Source of the DNA: Planctomycetota bacterium
Lineage (GTDB): Bacteria > Planctomycetota > Phycisphaerae > Phycisphaerales > SM1A02
Assembly: GCA_024226535.1 (NCBI GenBank)
Contig: JAAELP010000193.1
Coordinates: forward strand, 2,706 to 66,705
Direction: 5' to 3'
Length of the DNA stretch: 64,000 nt
Shown: positions 33,935 through 42,775 of the stretch, piece by piece
How the letters are laid out: each line of letters opens with the position of its first letter
How positions within the stretch are numbered: the first letter of the stretch is position 1
Notes under the pieces: model-generated
Told to the model about the DNA's origin: nothing
The model's database searches: none
Seen by the model: only the letters and a program-made list of their open reading frames with translations
Program-made: the position numbers and the translations under genes

Positions 33935-34549
33935 ATGCGCGTTCAGCTCGACGACACCCCGCACGCGACCGGCGCCGACACGATCGGCCAGGCGATCGAC
34001 GAGGCGGCGGCGCTCGCGCGTCACGAGGGCCGGCTCGTCGTCGAGGTGATCGTGGACGGCAGTAGCTGGACGCCACTGCAGCTCGAGAACCGCGAACTGC
34101 GCGGCGGCACCGCCGACGAAATTCGGTTCATCAGCGCCTCGGTGGCCGAGCTGGTGCGCGAGACAATGGCCGAGGCCTCGTCCATGCTCGCCGATGCCGA
34201 CACCCACCAACGGACGGCGGCCGAGCACCTCCAGGCCGACCAGCGCCAGCAGGCGATGGAACATCTCGGAACGGCGCTCGACGCCTGGCGTTCGGTGAAC
34301 GAGGCCGTGATCGGATGCGCCGATGTGCTCGACGTCGACCTCAGCCGGCTCGGTCCCGACGGCGGGGTGAGCGTGCTCGAGCACGTGCGCGGACTCGAGC
34401 GGAGGCTCCACGAGGTTCGAAACGCGTTGGAGAACGACGATCCCGTCGGGCTTGCCGATACGCTTCTGTATGATCTCCCCACGGTCGTCACCGACTGGCA
34501 GGAGGTCCTCCAGACGCTGCGTCGCGAGGCCGCCGAGAAGGAACACTGA
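33935..34549 (+). CDS. hypothetical protein (predicted mostly helical)
   Basis: Track ORF, 204 aa. GGAGG-rich stretch just upstream of the ATG. No recognised motif. Confidence 0.6.
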   Translation: MRVQLDDTPHATGADTIGQAIDEAAALARHEGRLVVEVIVDGSSWTPLQLENRELRGGTADEIRFISASVAELVRETMAEASSMLADADTHQRTAAEHLQADQRQQAMEHLGTALDAWRSVNEAVIGCADVLDVDLSRLGPDGGVSVLEHVRGLERRLHEVRNALENDDPVGLADTLLYDLPTVVTDWQEVLQTLRREAAEKEH

Positions 34550-34551
34550 AC

Positions 34552-35247
34552 ATGCCGGCCGTCTCCCGCCCCAAGCAGATCGACGTCCTCATGGAGAAGG
34601 CCAGCAAGGCCCTCACGAAGACGGACTACTTCGAGGCCGAGGAAATCGCGGCCCGGGCGCTCGGGATGGCCCGGGACGCCCGCGACTTCGAGCGCATGGC
34701 GAGGATCATCCTGCCCCTCCAGGAGGCGCGACGCCAGCGTACGCTCCAGGCCCTCGACGCCGGGACCATCACGCTCCCCGACGCTCCGGTCGCGGAGGAT
34801 GCGGTGATCGAGCCCGGGTGCTACCTCATCCAGCCCCCACAGGTCGGTGCCGACGCGCGACGGCTGCGGCTGCGGGCCATCCAGCGGCGGATCCCGGTCG
34901 CCGTCGTGTGCCGCGAGCCGCTCACGCAGATCCGGCTCTACCCGATCGTCGCGATCGCCCCCGGCGTGACCGTGCGCACGAAGATCGACCCCCCCGCCGA
35001 TCCGGAGGCCCCGGATCTGGAGTGGTTCGTCGGCGCGATGAACGAGTTGGGCGAGTTCGCCGTCGAGAGCCTCGATCAGGCGTTGACCACGATCCGCCGG
35101 CTGGACGCCCTACTCGGGCGGCTCGAGGCGATCCCCGAGAGCGAGAAGCTCCACCAGGCGCTCGAGGAGACGTGCCGCCTCGCCGCGAGCGAAGAGCAGG
35201 CCGACGGGGAGGCTCCCCCTCGAACGCCGCGCCGAACCCGTCGCTGA
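34552..35247 (+). CDS. hypothetical protein
   Basis: Track ORF, 231 aa, starting 2 nt after the previous stop (operonic). No recognised motif. Confidence 0.6.
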   Translation: MPAVSRPKQIDVLMEKASKALTKTDYFEAEEIAARALGMARDARDFERMARIILPLQEARRQRTLQALDAGTITLPDAPVAEDAVIEPGCYLIQPPQVGADARRLRLRAIQRRIPVAVVCREPLTQIRLYPIVAIAPGVTVRTKIDPPADPEAPDLEWFVGAMNELGEFAVESLDQALTTIRRLDALLGRLEAIPESEKLHQALEETCRLAASEEQADGEAPPRTPRRTRR

Positions 35248-35271
35248 CCGATCGAGGTCTCGGTCTCGCGA

Positions 35272-35541
35272 TCAGTATTCCCGGTAGCCCTGGTCCCGCT
35301 CCCGGGCCTTTTCCTTGTCGGATTCGTTGCCGATCACGTACCCGGCGCCGGCGCCGACCGCCGTGCCGATCACCGTGGCTCCGGTGTCGCCGCCGATGGC
35401 CTGGCCCGCGAGCGCTCCGAGCCCGGCCCCGATCAGGGCGCCGGACTGGGCGTCGTTCTCGCAACCGATGGAAAGACCTGCGGCCCCGACCAGCGCGACC
35501 ACGGCTCCGAGCATGCGAACGTGAGACCTGTGGGTATTCAT
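35272..35541 (-). CDS. small glycine-zipper lipoprotein
   Basis: Lipobox-like AAGLSIGC, then a Gly-zipper GALIGAGLGALAGQAIGGDTGATVIGTAVGAGAGYVIG. Confidence 0.65.
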   Translation of the reverse strand: MNTHRSHVRMLGAVVALVGAAGLSIGCENDAQSGALIGAGLGALAGQAIGGDTGATVIGTAVGAGAGYVIGNESDKEKARERDQGYREY

Positions 35542-35730
35542 GCTGAACCTCCGTCGTTTCGAGTCGTGGGAAGCGCTGCCTGTGCGGCTGGCCGGACGCT
35601 GCCGGTCCCCATCGCTATTATGACCCCGCCGCCCCGTCGGTAGTCCCCATATTCTTCCGATGGATCCCCCAATATCCGCCGACTACACGAGCAGGGTCCC
35701 CCTGAGGGACCCGGGACGAGGTTCTCACCG

Positions 35731-36624
35731 ATGGCGATCCAGACCAGGCTCCAGACCCGCTTCGTCGTGCAGAGGCTCTTCGCGGTCGTCATCTGCCTCG
35801 TCCTCGGGCTCTGGGGCGTGTACGACTACATGGTGAAGATCCCCGCCCAGACCCGCGCCCACGCGCGGGGGCAGGTCTTCCCCCTCGTCAAGGCGGCGCT
35901 GGAGGCACCGCTGGATTCACCGACCCGGATGGACACGATCAAGACGGCGGTGACGGTCGTCCAGGAGGCACAGGCCGAACTGCTCGACATCACGCTCGAT
36001 CAGAACCTCACCCGCGAGCAACTGCTCGCGGCCATCGAGGGCATCAAGGAATCCACCGATCAGCAGTGGCTCGCGATCCTCGCCATCTTCAAGACGGCGC
36101 TCGCCGAGACCGCGCAGCGCACGGCCACCCAGCCGCCGACGGACGCCATCACGCTCGCGTTCAAGCTCGCCGAGGCGGGGAACAACGCGGTGGCGAACAT
36201 CCCGCCACCCGGGGGATTCGATCGCGCGACGCAGTGGATGTTCATGCTCTGTCTCCCCTTCGCGCCGTACTTCCTCTGGGGCCTGCTCCAGGCGCGCCGG
36301 CGCAGCTTCCGGCTCGACGACGACGGCACGCTGCACGCGCCCGGCGAGACGTGGCCGCGCGAGGAGATCGACGACATCGACATGGGCCGGTGGATGGCCA
36401 AGTCGGTCGCCTGGGTCGTCCACACGGACGGTCGCCGGCTGAAGCTCGACGACTACCTCCACCGCAACGTCCACCTCATCGTGGGGGCCCTCGCCTCCGA
36501 GCGCTACCCGAGGGAGTGGGACGCCGAGGCCAAGCGGCTCGGGGCCGGCGAGGAGGAGGGCGAGGGGGACGCTCCCGCCGCACCGGCCGAGCACCCGGCC
36601 GAAGCGTCCACCCCCGAAGGATGA
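35731..36624 (+). CDS. membrane protein, function unknown
   Basis: Track ORF, 297 aa. Two hydrophobic spans (LFAVVICLVLGLWGVY; WMFMLCLPFAPYFLWGLL) flank a helical domain. Confidence 0.6.
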   Translation: MAIQTRLQTRFVVQRLFAVVICLVLGLWGVYDYMVKIPAQTRAHARGQVFPLVKAALEAPLDSPTRMDTIKTAVTVVQEAQAELLDITLDQNLTREQLLAAIEGIKESTDQQWLAILAIFKTALAETAQRTATQPPTDAITLAFKLAEAGNNAVANIPPPGGFDRATQWMFMLCLPFAPYFLWGLLQARRRSFRLDDDGTLHAPGETWPREEIDDIDMGRWMAKSVAWVVHTDGRRLKLDDYLHRNVHLIVGALASERYPREWDAEAKRLGAGEEEGEGDAPAAPAEHPAEASTPEG

Positions 36625-36690
36625 CCGAACGGATCGCCGGATGAAATCGGCCGGCCCCTCTCCCCACAAAGCTCCGGGAGAGGCCCCCCG

Positions 36691-37101
36691 ATGACCATCG
36701 CCATGCACGCTCAGCCGCCGCACGTCGAACCCGTCTTCCAGAACGCCGTCCGGCTCCGGCAGGACGGCCTTCCGACCCACGAGCGGCACTACGCGATGTG
36801 GATGCACCTGTCGCCGCTCGTGGCCTTCCTCGTTCTCGGCCCGCTGGCGCTCGCCGCCCCGCTCGTCATGTGGCTCATGCGGAAGGACACGTCGCCGTTC
36901 GCCGACGACCACGGCAAGGAAGTCGTCAACCTGTCGATCACCGGCGCGATCGTGACGTTCCTCGCGTGGATCCCGGTCATCGGCTGGTTCGGCGCTCCCA
37001 TCTGGATGATCGTGGCGATCATCAGCATCATCCGCGGGTCCATGGCCGCCACCAACGGCGAGTACTTCCGCTACCCGCTGACGTGCCGGTTCATCAGCTA
37101 G
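36691..37101 (+). CDS. DUF4870-like small membrane protein
   Basis: HERHYAMWMHLSPLVAFLVLGPLALAAPLVMWLMRKDTSPFADDHGKEVVN.. and the two-TM layout resemble the DUF4870 family. Confidence 0.6.
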   Translation: MTIAMHAQPPHVEPVFQNAVRLRQDGLPTHERHYAMWMHLSPLVAFLVLGPLALAAPLVMWLMRKDTSPFADDHGKEVVNLSITGAIVTFLAWIPVIGWFGAPIWMIVAIISIIRGSMAATNGEYFRYPLTCRFIS

Positions 37102-37136
37102 CGACCCACGGAACGCCGCCGCTACACTAATGACCC

Positions 37137-37892
37137 GTGGCGCTTCTCGAGGTTCGACAGCTCATCAAGAGTTACTCCGGCCGCCGCGTCGTGGACGAGG
37201 TGAGCTACGACGTCGATGCCGGTGAGATCGTCGGCCTGCTGGGACGCAACGGAGCCGGCAAGACGACGTCGTTCCGCATGACGATCGGGATGATCACGCC
37301 GGAGGCGGGGCGCGTGAACTTCCGCGGTCAGGACGTCACCGCGCTGCCGATGTACCGGCACGCGCTGGCGGGGATGGGGTACCTCAGCCAGGAACCCAGC
37401 GTCTTCCAGCGTCTGTCGGTCGAGAAGAACCTGCTGGCGATCCTCGAGACGCAGCGGCTCAGCCGGGCCGACCGCAAGCGTCGCACCGGCGAGCTGCTCG
37501 AGCAGTTCGGCCTCTCCCACAAGTCGAAGGACCTCGCGAACACGTGCTCCGGCGGCGAGCGTCGTCGCCTGGAGATCGCGCGAGCCCTCGTGACGAAACC
37601 GCGGCTCATGCTGCTGGACGAGCCGTTCGCAGCCGTCGATCCCCACACCGTCGAGGAGCTCCAGGGCGAAGTGCGCACGCTCGCCTCCAACGGGATCGCG
37701 ATGCTCGTGACCGACCACAACGTCCAGCAGACGCTCCGCATCTGCGACCGGGCGTACATCATCCACGAGGGACGCAACCTGCGCGAGGGCACGCCCCGCG
37801 AGATCATCAACGACCGGATGGTCCGCGACGCCTACCTCGCGTCGACCTTCCGCGGCGACGAGTTCGACCCGGAGCCCGCGCTGGCGAAGTAG
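37137..37892 (+). CDS. lptB: LPS export ABC transporter ATP-binding protein
   Basis: Walker A GRNGAGKTT; YLSQEPSVFQRLSVEKNLLAILE; signature CSGGERRRLEIARAL; Walker B LMLLDEPFAAVDP; C-terminal ..INDRMVRDAYLASTFRGDEF, typical of LptB. Confidence 0.85.
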   Translation: MALLEVRQLIKSYSGRRVVDEVSYDVDAGEIVGLLGRNGAGKTTSFRMTIGMITPEAGRVNFRGQDVTALPMYRHALAGMGYLSQEPSVFQRLSVEKNLLAILETQRLSRADRKRRTGELLEQFGLSHKSKDLANTCSGGERRRLEIARALVTKPRLMLLDEPFAAVDPHTVEELQGEVRTLASNGIAMLVTDHNVQQTLRICDRAYIIHEGRNLREGTPREIINDRMVRDAYLASTFRGDEFDPEPALAK

Positions 37893-37905
37893 CGCACCCC
37901 CGACC

Positions 37906-37992
37906 GGGTGCCGTGGTCTTGGCCGGAGGCCAAGGCCGCGTGCCAGGGGCGCCCAACATCGCGGCCTTGGCTTCGCCAAGGCCACGGCACCC
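37906..37992. repeat. REP/MITE-like nested-hairpin palindromic element, copy 2
   Basis: Left arm GGGTGCCGTGGTCTTGGCCGGAGGCCAAGGCCGCG, then a 19-nt spacer, then right arm CGCGGCCTTGGCTTCGCCAAGGCCACGGCACCC. It begins 14 nt after the lptB stop. Confidence 0.8.
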
Positions 37993-38120
37993 TGCCCCGC
38001 CCGATAATGCGATTCGATTCTCGCGTCGGGCTCAACCCTAAGAACCGGTGCTCCGATCCGTTGAGTGGTGGGGCGCGGCGATCGGCGCCGCGTCCCGTCG
38101 CCAAGCCCGGAGCACCAGCC

Positions 38121-39302
38121 ATGCGCCATTCCGTAGCCCTTGCCCGCCTCCTCCCCGTCGTCGCCGTCCTCGCCGCGGCGGCCCCCGCCCTCGCCGGGGT
38201 CAAGCTGATCACGCTGCCCGCCCGGGAGCGCGTGGAGATCCAGCTCGACCACGGCTCGGCGACGCTCGTCGAAGAGGAGCGTGTCGTCCCCCTCGCCGCC
38301 GGCGTCAACGACGTCGTGTTCGCGTGGGCGAACACGAGCATCGACCCCGGCACCATCCAGCTTCGGTGCCTGACGAACCCGGATCAGATCAAGATCCTGT
38401 CCGTCTCCTACCCGCCGAACGAGAACGCGCTGACGTGGCAGGTCGCCTCCCCGCGCGCCGGCTCGGCGCGGATGCGCATCAGCTACCTCATCGGCCGGCT
38501 CGACAAGACCTTCGCGTACCGAGCCACCGCGAGCAACGACGAGCGGACGCTCACGCTCCGGCAGTACATCCACCTCCACAACCGCGCCAACGAGCGCTTC
38601 GGCACCGCCGGCATGTGGGCCGGCTTCGGCGAGCGGCTCGAGCGCCCCATCGACGTCAACGAGACGAAGCGCCTGCTCTCGGCGAAGTTCAGCGACGTGC
38701 CCGTCACCAAGAGGTACACCGCCGACCTCGCCGGGTTCGGCTACCTCGACGCCGGGAAGAAGCAGCTTCGCATCCCCATGCACTACGAGCTTCGCAACGA
38801 CGCCGCCGGCGGGCTCGGGGCGTTCGCCCTGATGCCGGGCAAGGCGCGGATCTTCCAGGACGACGGCCGCGGCACCGTGGCGTTCCTCGGCGAGGACTGG
38901 GCCGCGTTCACGCCGCGGGGCGACGAGGTGCGGTTGTTCCTCGGCGTCTCCAAGGACATCGTGGTCACACGCACGATCGATCGCCGCGAACGCGAGCGCG
39001 TCATGGGACAGCTCCACGACTACGACGTGATCGTCAAGTACGAGATCGAGAACTTCAAGGACCAGTCGGTCGTGCTCGACCTCGCCGAGTCGATGCCCGG
39101 CGTGCGAGCGGAGATTCACGGGAACACCGGCCGGCAGGTCGAGTGGAAGCTCGGCCGTGAGAGCACGCTCGGGGCTGCCGACGCCAAACGCTCCACCGCC
39201 GACCGCCCCGTCTTCCACGTCACGCTGCCGCCGCGCGGCGACGACGAGAAGGCGAAGAAGATCGTGCACCGCCTGCACGTACACATCAAGAACGAGTGGT
39301 GA
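38121..39302 (+). CDS. secreted DUF4139-like protein
   Basis: ATG 38121 inside track ORF 37908..39302. Signal peptide MRHSVALARLLPVVAVLAAAAPALA. KLITLPARERVEIQLDHGSATLVEEERVVPLAAGVNDVVFAWANTSIDPGTIQL resembles the DUF4140/DUF4139 N-terminus. Confidence 0.7.
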   Translation: MRHSVALARLLPVVAVLAAAAPALAGVKLITLPARERVEIQLDHGSATLVEEERVVPLAAGVNDVVFAWANTSIDPGTIQLRCLTNPDQIKILSVSYPPNENALTWQVASPRAGSARMRISYLIGRLDKTFAYRATASNDERTLTLRQYIHLHNRANERFGTAGMWAGFGERLERPIDVNETKRLLSAKFSDVPVTKRYTADLAGFGYLDAGKKQLRIPMHYELRNDAAGGLGAFALMPGKARIFQDDGRGTVAFLGEDWAAFTPRGDEVRLFLGVSKDIVVTRTIDRRERERVMGQLHDYDVIVKYEIENFKDQSVVLDLAESMPGVRAEIHGNTGRQVEWKLGRESTLGAADAKRSTADRPVFHVTLPPRGDDEKAKKIVHRLHVHIKNEW

Positions 39303-39361
39303 TCGCCGCCCGCCCGCCCCGTCGCCCCTCTCCTTCCGAACCCCTTCCGAGGACGAGCTCG

Positions 39362-40780
39362 ATGATCCACCGCCTCCACCATCTCCCGCTCCTGCTCGCC
39401 ACCACCGTGACCGTCACCGCCCTCGGCCGGCCCGCCGCCGCCGACAACATCGACGTCTCGACGATTCCCGGGCGCGACTCCGTCCAGCTCACGATCTACA
39501 ACAGCGAGGACCTGACGCTCGTGCGCGAGACACGGCACGTCACGTTCCGCAAGGGGCTCAACCCGATCCAGTTCTCGTGGGCGAACACGCTCATCGATCC
39601 CACGAGCGTCGAGCTGCGATTCAAGACGCATGCCGACGACCTGGACATCCTCGACGCGACGTTCCCCCACGATCGCCCGCAGATGCTGTACTGGAACGTA
39701 CGCAGCGCTCTCGACGGCGACGCCGAAGTGGAGATCACCTACTTCACGAGCGGCATCACGTGGGCCGCGGACTACGTCTGCATCGCCGACAACGGCGAGG
39801 ACCGGATGTCCTTCGAGGGGTTCGTGCGGATCACGAACAACTCCGGCGAGGACTACGCCGACGCGCAGGTCCGGCTCGTCGTCGGCGAGATCAACCTCGT
39901 CGAGAAGGTCGCCGAGCTCGCCCGGCGCGGCATCATCTCCGAAGAGGAGAAGGCCGCCTACTTCGCCCGGTCCCGCAAAGTCCGAGACTTCGCCGACGAC
40001 GCGCGGGAGGAGCTTTCCGTGGCGGCCGGGGCGAGGATGTCGGCCGCGCCCCAGGCTCCGAAGGAGATCATCAAGGAAGGGCTCTCCGAGTACTTCATCT
40101 ACACGATCGAGGGTACGGAGACGGTCCGGAACACCTGGTCGAAGCGCATGCGCCTGTTCGACGGTGCGAAGATCCCCTTCGACATTCGCTACCGCTACCG
40201 CCCGCGGGAGTACGGCGACCAGCTCGCACGGCTCTTCATCCTCCGCAACGACACCGCCAGCGGCCTCGGCAGCACGCCCCTGCCCGACGGCATCGTGCGC
40301 CTGTTCCGCGACAACGGCCGCAACGGGCTCTCGTACCTGACCGCGTACCAGACGAAGTACGTGCCCATCGGCCAGGAGATCGAGCTGAACCTCGGCGCCG
40401 ACCGGAACGTCGTGCACGAGCGCGTGCGTCTGCGGAGCTGGCGCGACTCGTTCTGGTTCCGCGACACGAAGGGCAAGCGGTACTTCAGCCCCGACCAGGG
40501 ACACGTGGTCCAGCAGAACTTCCCCGTCGCGGGGTGGCACGACAACGAGCAGTGGATCGAGCGCTTCCGCAACGATCGCGATCAGCCGATCGAGATCGAG
40601 GTGCGCCGCAGCTTCGACGGCCACGTGACCGTGGACACCGACGACGACGCCACCAAGCATGACTACCGAACGGTGCAGTTCACGACCACCGTCGGCGCCA
40701 ACGGCGCCGGCGCGCTCGACTACGAGATCACCTACCGGCAGGGAATCAGCCGGAAGCAGGAGAAGGTGGAGCTTCGGTAG
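39362..40780 (+). CDS. secreted DUF4139-like protein (paralog of 38121..39302)
   Basis: ATG 39362. Signal HHLPLLLATTVTVTALGRPAAA. QLTIYNSEDLTLVRETRHVTFRKGLNPIQFSWANTLIDPTSVEL..ITWAADYV..VRITNNSGEDYADAQVRLVVGEINL. Confidence 0.7.
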   Translation: MIHRLHHLPLLLATTVTVTALGRPAAADNIDVSTIPGRDSVQLTIYNSEDLTLVRETRHVTFRKGLNPIQFSWANTLIDPTSVELRFKTHADDLDILDATFPHDRPQMLYWNVRSALDGDAEVEITYFTSGITWAADYVCIADNGEDRMSFEGFVRITNNSGEDYADAQVRLVVGEINLVEKVAELARRGIISEEEKAAYFARSRKVRDFADDAREELSVAAGARMSAAPQAPKEIIKEGLSEYFIYTIEGTETVRNTWSKRMRLFDGAKIPFDIRYRYRPREYGDQLARLFILRNDTASGLGSTPLPDGIVRLFRDNGRNGLSYLTAYQTKYVPIGQEIELNLGADRNVVHERVRLRSWRDSFWFRDTKGKRYFSPDQGHVVQQNFPVAGWHDNEQWIERFRNDRDQPIEIEVRRSFDGHVTVDTDDDATKHDYRTVQFTTTVGANGAGALDYEITYRQGISRKQEKVELR

Positions 40781-40804
40781 CGCGCACAGTCGGGTGAGCA
40801 GAGC

Positions 40805-41452
40805 TCAGGCGGTCCACCGCGCAACGTGCGCGCCGATGCCCTCCATCATCTCCTCGGTCACCTCGTCCACCTCCCGCGAAGCGTCCACCACGAGGAACGA
40901 CTCCGGCCGCTCGGCGGCCTGCGCGAGGTAGCCGGCGCGCACGCGCCGGTGGAACTCGACGCCGCGCTGCTCGATGCGGTCCAGCAGAGGGCTGAGGCGG
41001 CTGGCCGCGACGCGCTCGTCCACGTCGAAGATCACGGTCAGGTCGGGCCAGCGGGCCCCGATGGCGAACCGCCCGACCTCGAGGATGTCCGCCCGCTCGA
41101 TCCCCCCGGCCGTGCCCTGGTACGCCAGGGTGGAGCTGATGAACCGGTCCGCGAGCACGAGGGCGCCGCGCTGGAGCGCCGGACGCACCGTCTGCTCGAC
41201 GAGCTGCGCGCGGCTCGCCATGTAGAGCAGCATCTCGCAGCGGAGGTCCATGTCGTGGTTCGCCGGGTCCAGCAGCACGTGCCGGATCTGCTCTCCGATC
41301 GACGTTCCACCCGGCTCGCGCACCTCGCAGACCTCGAGCCCCGCCTCCCGGCAGCTCGCGGCGAACCGCCCGAACTGCGTCGACTTGCCCGAGCCGTCGG
41401 GGCCGTCGAAGACGAGGAAGCGTGCGGCGAGATGATCGAACCAATCTGGCAT
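40805..41452 (-). CDS. tmk: thymidylate kinase
   Basis: FLVFDGPDGSGKSTQ P-loop; REPGGT; ADRFISSTLAYQG. Start at ATG 41452. Confidence 0.9.
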   Translation of the reverse strand: MPDWFDHLAARFLVFDGPDGSGKSTQFGRFAASCREAGLEVCEVREPGGTSIGEQIRHVLLDPANHDMDLRCEMLLYMASRAQLVEQTVRPALQRGALVLADRFISSTLAYQGTAGGIERADILEVGRFAIGARWPDLTVIFDVDERVAASRLSPLLDRIEQRGVEFHRRVRAGYLAQAAERPESFLVVDASREVDEVTEEMMEGIGAHVARWTA

Positions 41453-41551
41453 CGGGCGGACTATGCGCTGCCGGGGTCGCCTTGGCAAGTGCCCTTCTTC
41501 GCTCAATCCCCTTCGTCGACCTCGCCGCATACTCTAGAATGCGCCTCAACG

Positions 41552-42094
41552 ATGCGCATCGATCTTCGAGACGAGCACCGGCAACGGATCGGACGGATCC
41601 ACGTGGATCCGGCGCTGCGTCCAACGCGGGTGACGGTGACGGGGACCGGACGCGAGGTCTTCCTCGAGTGGGACATCGCCATCGACGACGGCGGTCACGT
41701 GCGGCGCTGCGTGGCGTGCGGCTGTCCGGATCTCTTCCGCGAGAAGGTCTTCCCGCAGGTGACGGGGATCGTCGTCGTCCTCGCGTTCGCGCTGGCCGTG
41801 ATCGGCGCGCTGGGCTTCGCCACGACACCCCCGATGCTCGTGGCCATGGGCATCGTCTTCGTGCTCGACGTCGCGATCCTGCTCTTCGCGCGGCGACGGC
41901 TCATCTGCTACCGCTGCCGGACGTCGTATCACGGCGTGTCGATCGCGCGGTATCACCGCCCATGGGATCGCGCAACCGCCGACCTGTACCCGCGGATCGC
42001 GGCCCCGGTCGCGGAGCGGGCCGGGCGGGCGGCGGCGAAGCCGCGGCGCCGCGCCGAGATGCGGAAGACCCGACCGACGAGGCCCGTCGCATGA
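41552..42094 (+). CDS. small membrane protein with two CxxC pairs (zinc-ribbon-like), function unknown
   Basis: ATG 41552 inside track ORF 40826..42094. RRCVACGCPD...two hydrophobic spans...LICYRCRTSY. Confidence 0.55.
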   Translation: MRIDLRDEHRQRIGRIHVDPALRPTRVTVTGTGREVFLEWDIAIDDGGHVRRCVACGCPDLFREKVFPQVTGIVVVLAFALAVIGALGFATTPPMLVAMGIVFVLDVAILLFARRRLICYRCRTSYHGVSIARYHRPWDRATADLYPRIAAPVAERAGRAAAKPRRRAEMRKTRPTRPVA

Positions 42095-42756
42095 TCGCCA
42101 GGGGCGCGCTCATCCTGCTCGGCGGAGGCGGGCACGCCTGCGTCGTCACCGACGCCGCCACCGCATCGGGATGGTCGGTAGCGGGGTTCCTCGACGACCG
42201 CAGCGCCGCCGATACGACGGCGGCGAGGGACCTTCGTCACCTCGGACGGATCGAGGATCTCGTCGACGCCGAGGGCGGCGAGCCGATCGGCGTGGAGTTC
42301 CACGTCGCCATCGGCGACCCGACGAGTCGCCGCCACGTGCTCGAGCGCGCCCGCGTGCTCACCGGTCGCGGCGGAACCACGATCGTCCATCCGAGCGCCA
42401 TCATCTCGCCGTCCGCCGTCGTGGCCGACGCCGCGTTCATCGGGCCCCTCGCGGTGGTGAACGCCGGCGCGCGGATCGGGCGCGGGGCGATCGTCAACAG
42501 CGGCGCGATCGTGGAGCACGACTGCGTCGTCGGCGCATTCAGCCACGTCGCACCCGGTGCGATCCTCGCTGGATCGGTGCGTGTGGGCGCCGCGGTCCTC
42601 GTGGGCGTCGGGGCGACGGTGCGACCAGGCATCACGATCGGCGACGAGGCCGTGCTCGGCGCCGGGGCCGTGGCCGTGACCGATATTCCCACCCGTTGCC
42701 GGGCGTTCGGCGTTCCCGCCCGGCCGCGAACGACGGTCGCTCAAGGCCCGGGCTGA
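42091..42756 (+). CDS. NeuD/PglD-family sugar acetyltransferase (left-handed beta-helix)
   Basis: N-terminal LILLGGGGHACVVTD Rossmann-like domain, then hexapeptide repeats (IGRGAIVNSGAIVEHDCVVGAFSHVAPGAILAGSVRVGAAVLVGVGATV). ATG 42091 overlaps the upstream stop (ATGA). Confidence 0.8.
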   Translation: MIARGALILLGGGGHACVVTDAATASGWSVAGFLDDRSAADTTAARDLRHLGRIEDLVDAEGGEPIGVEFHVAIGDPTSRRHVLERARVLTGRGGTTIVHPSAIISPSAVVADAAFIGPLAVVNAGARIGRGAIVNSGAIVEHDCVVGAFSHVAPGAILAGSVRVGAAVLVGVGATVRPGITIGDEAVLGAGAVAVTDIPTRCRAFGVPARPRTTVAQGPG

Positions 42757-42775
42757 TTCCGACGACGTTCGCGAT

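Noticed and set aside
37122-39284. 720-aa minus ORF opposite lptB and the first DUF4139-like gene. The same applies to 49376..51595 (-), 57756..60308 (+), 44598..47165 (+), 15952..18135 (+) and 24642..26618 (+)
   Set aside because: All are antisense or alternative-frame shadows of genes with diagnostic motifs, and their composition is Arg/Gly/Asp/His-biased with no recognisable domains.
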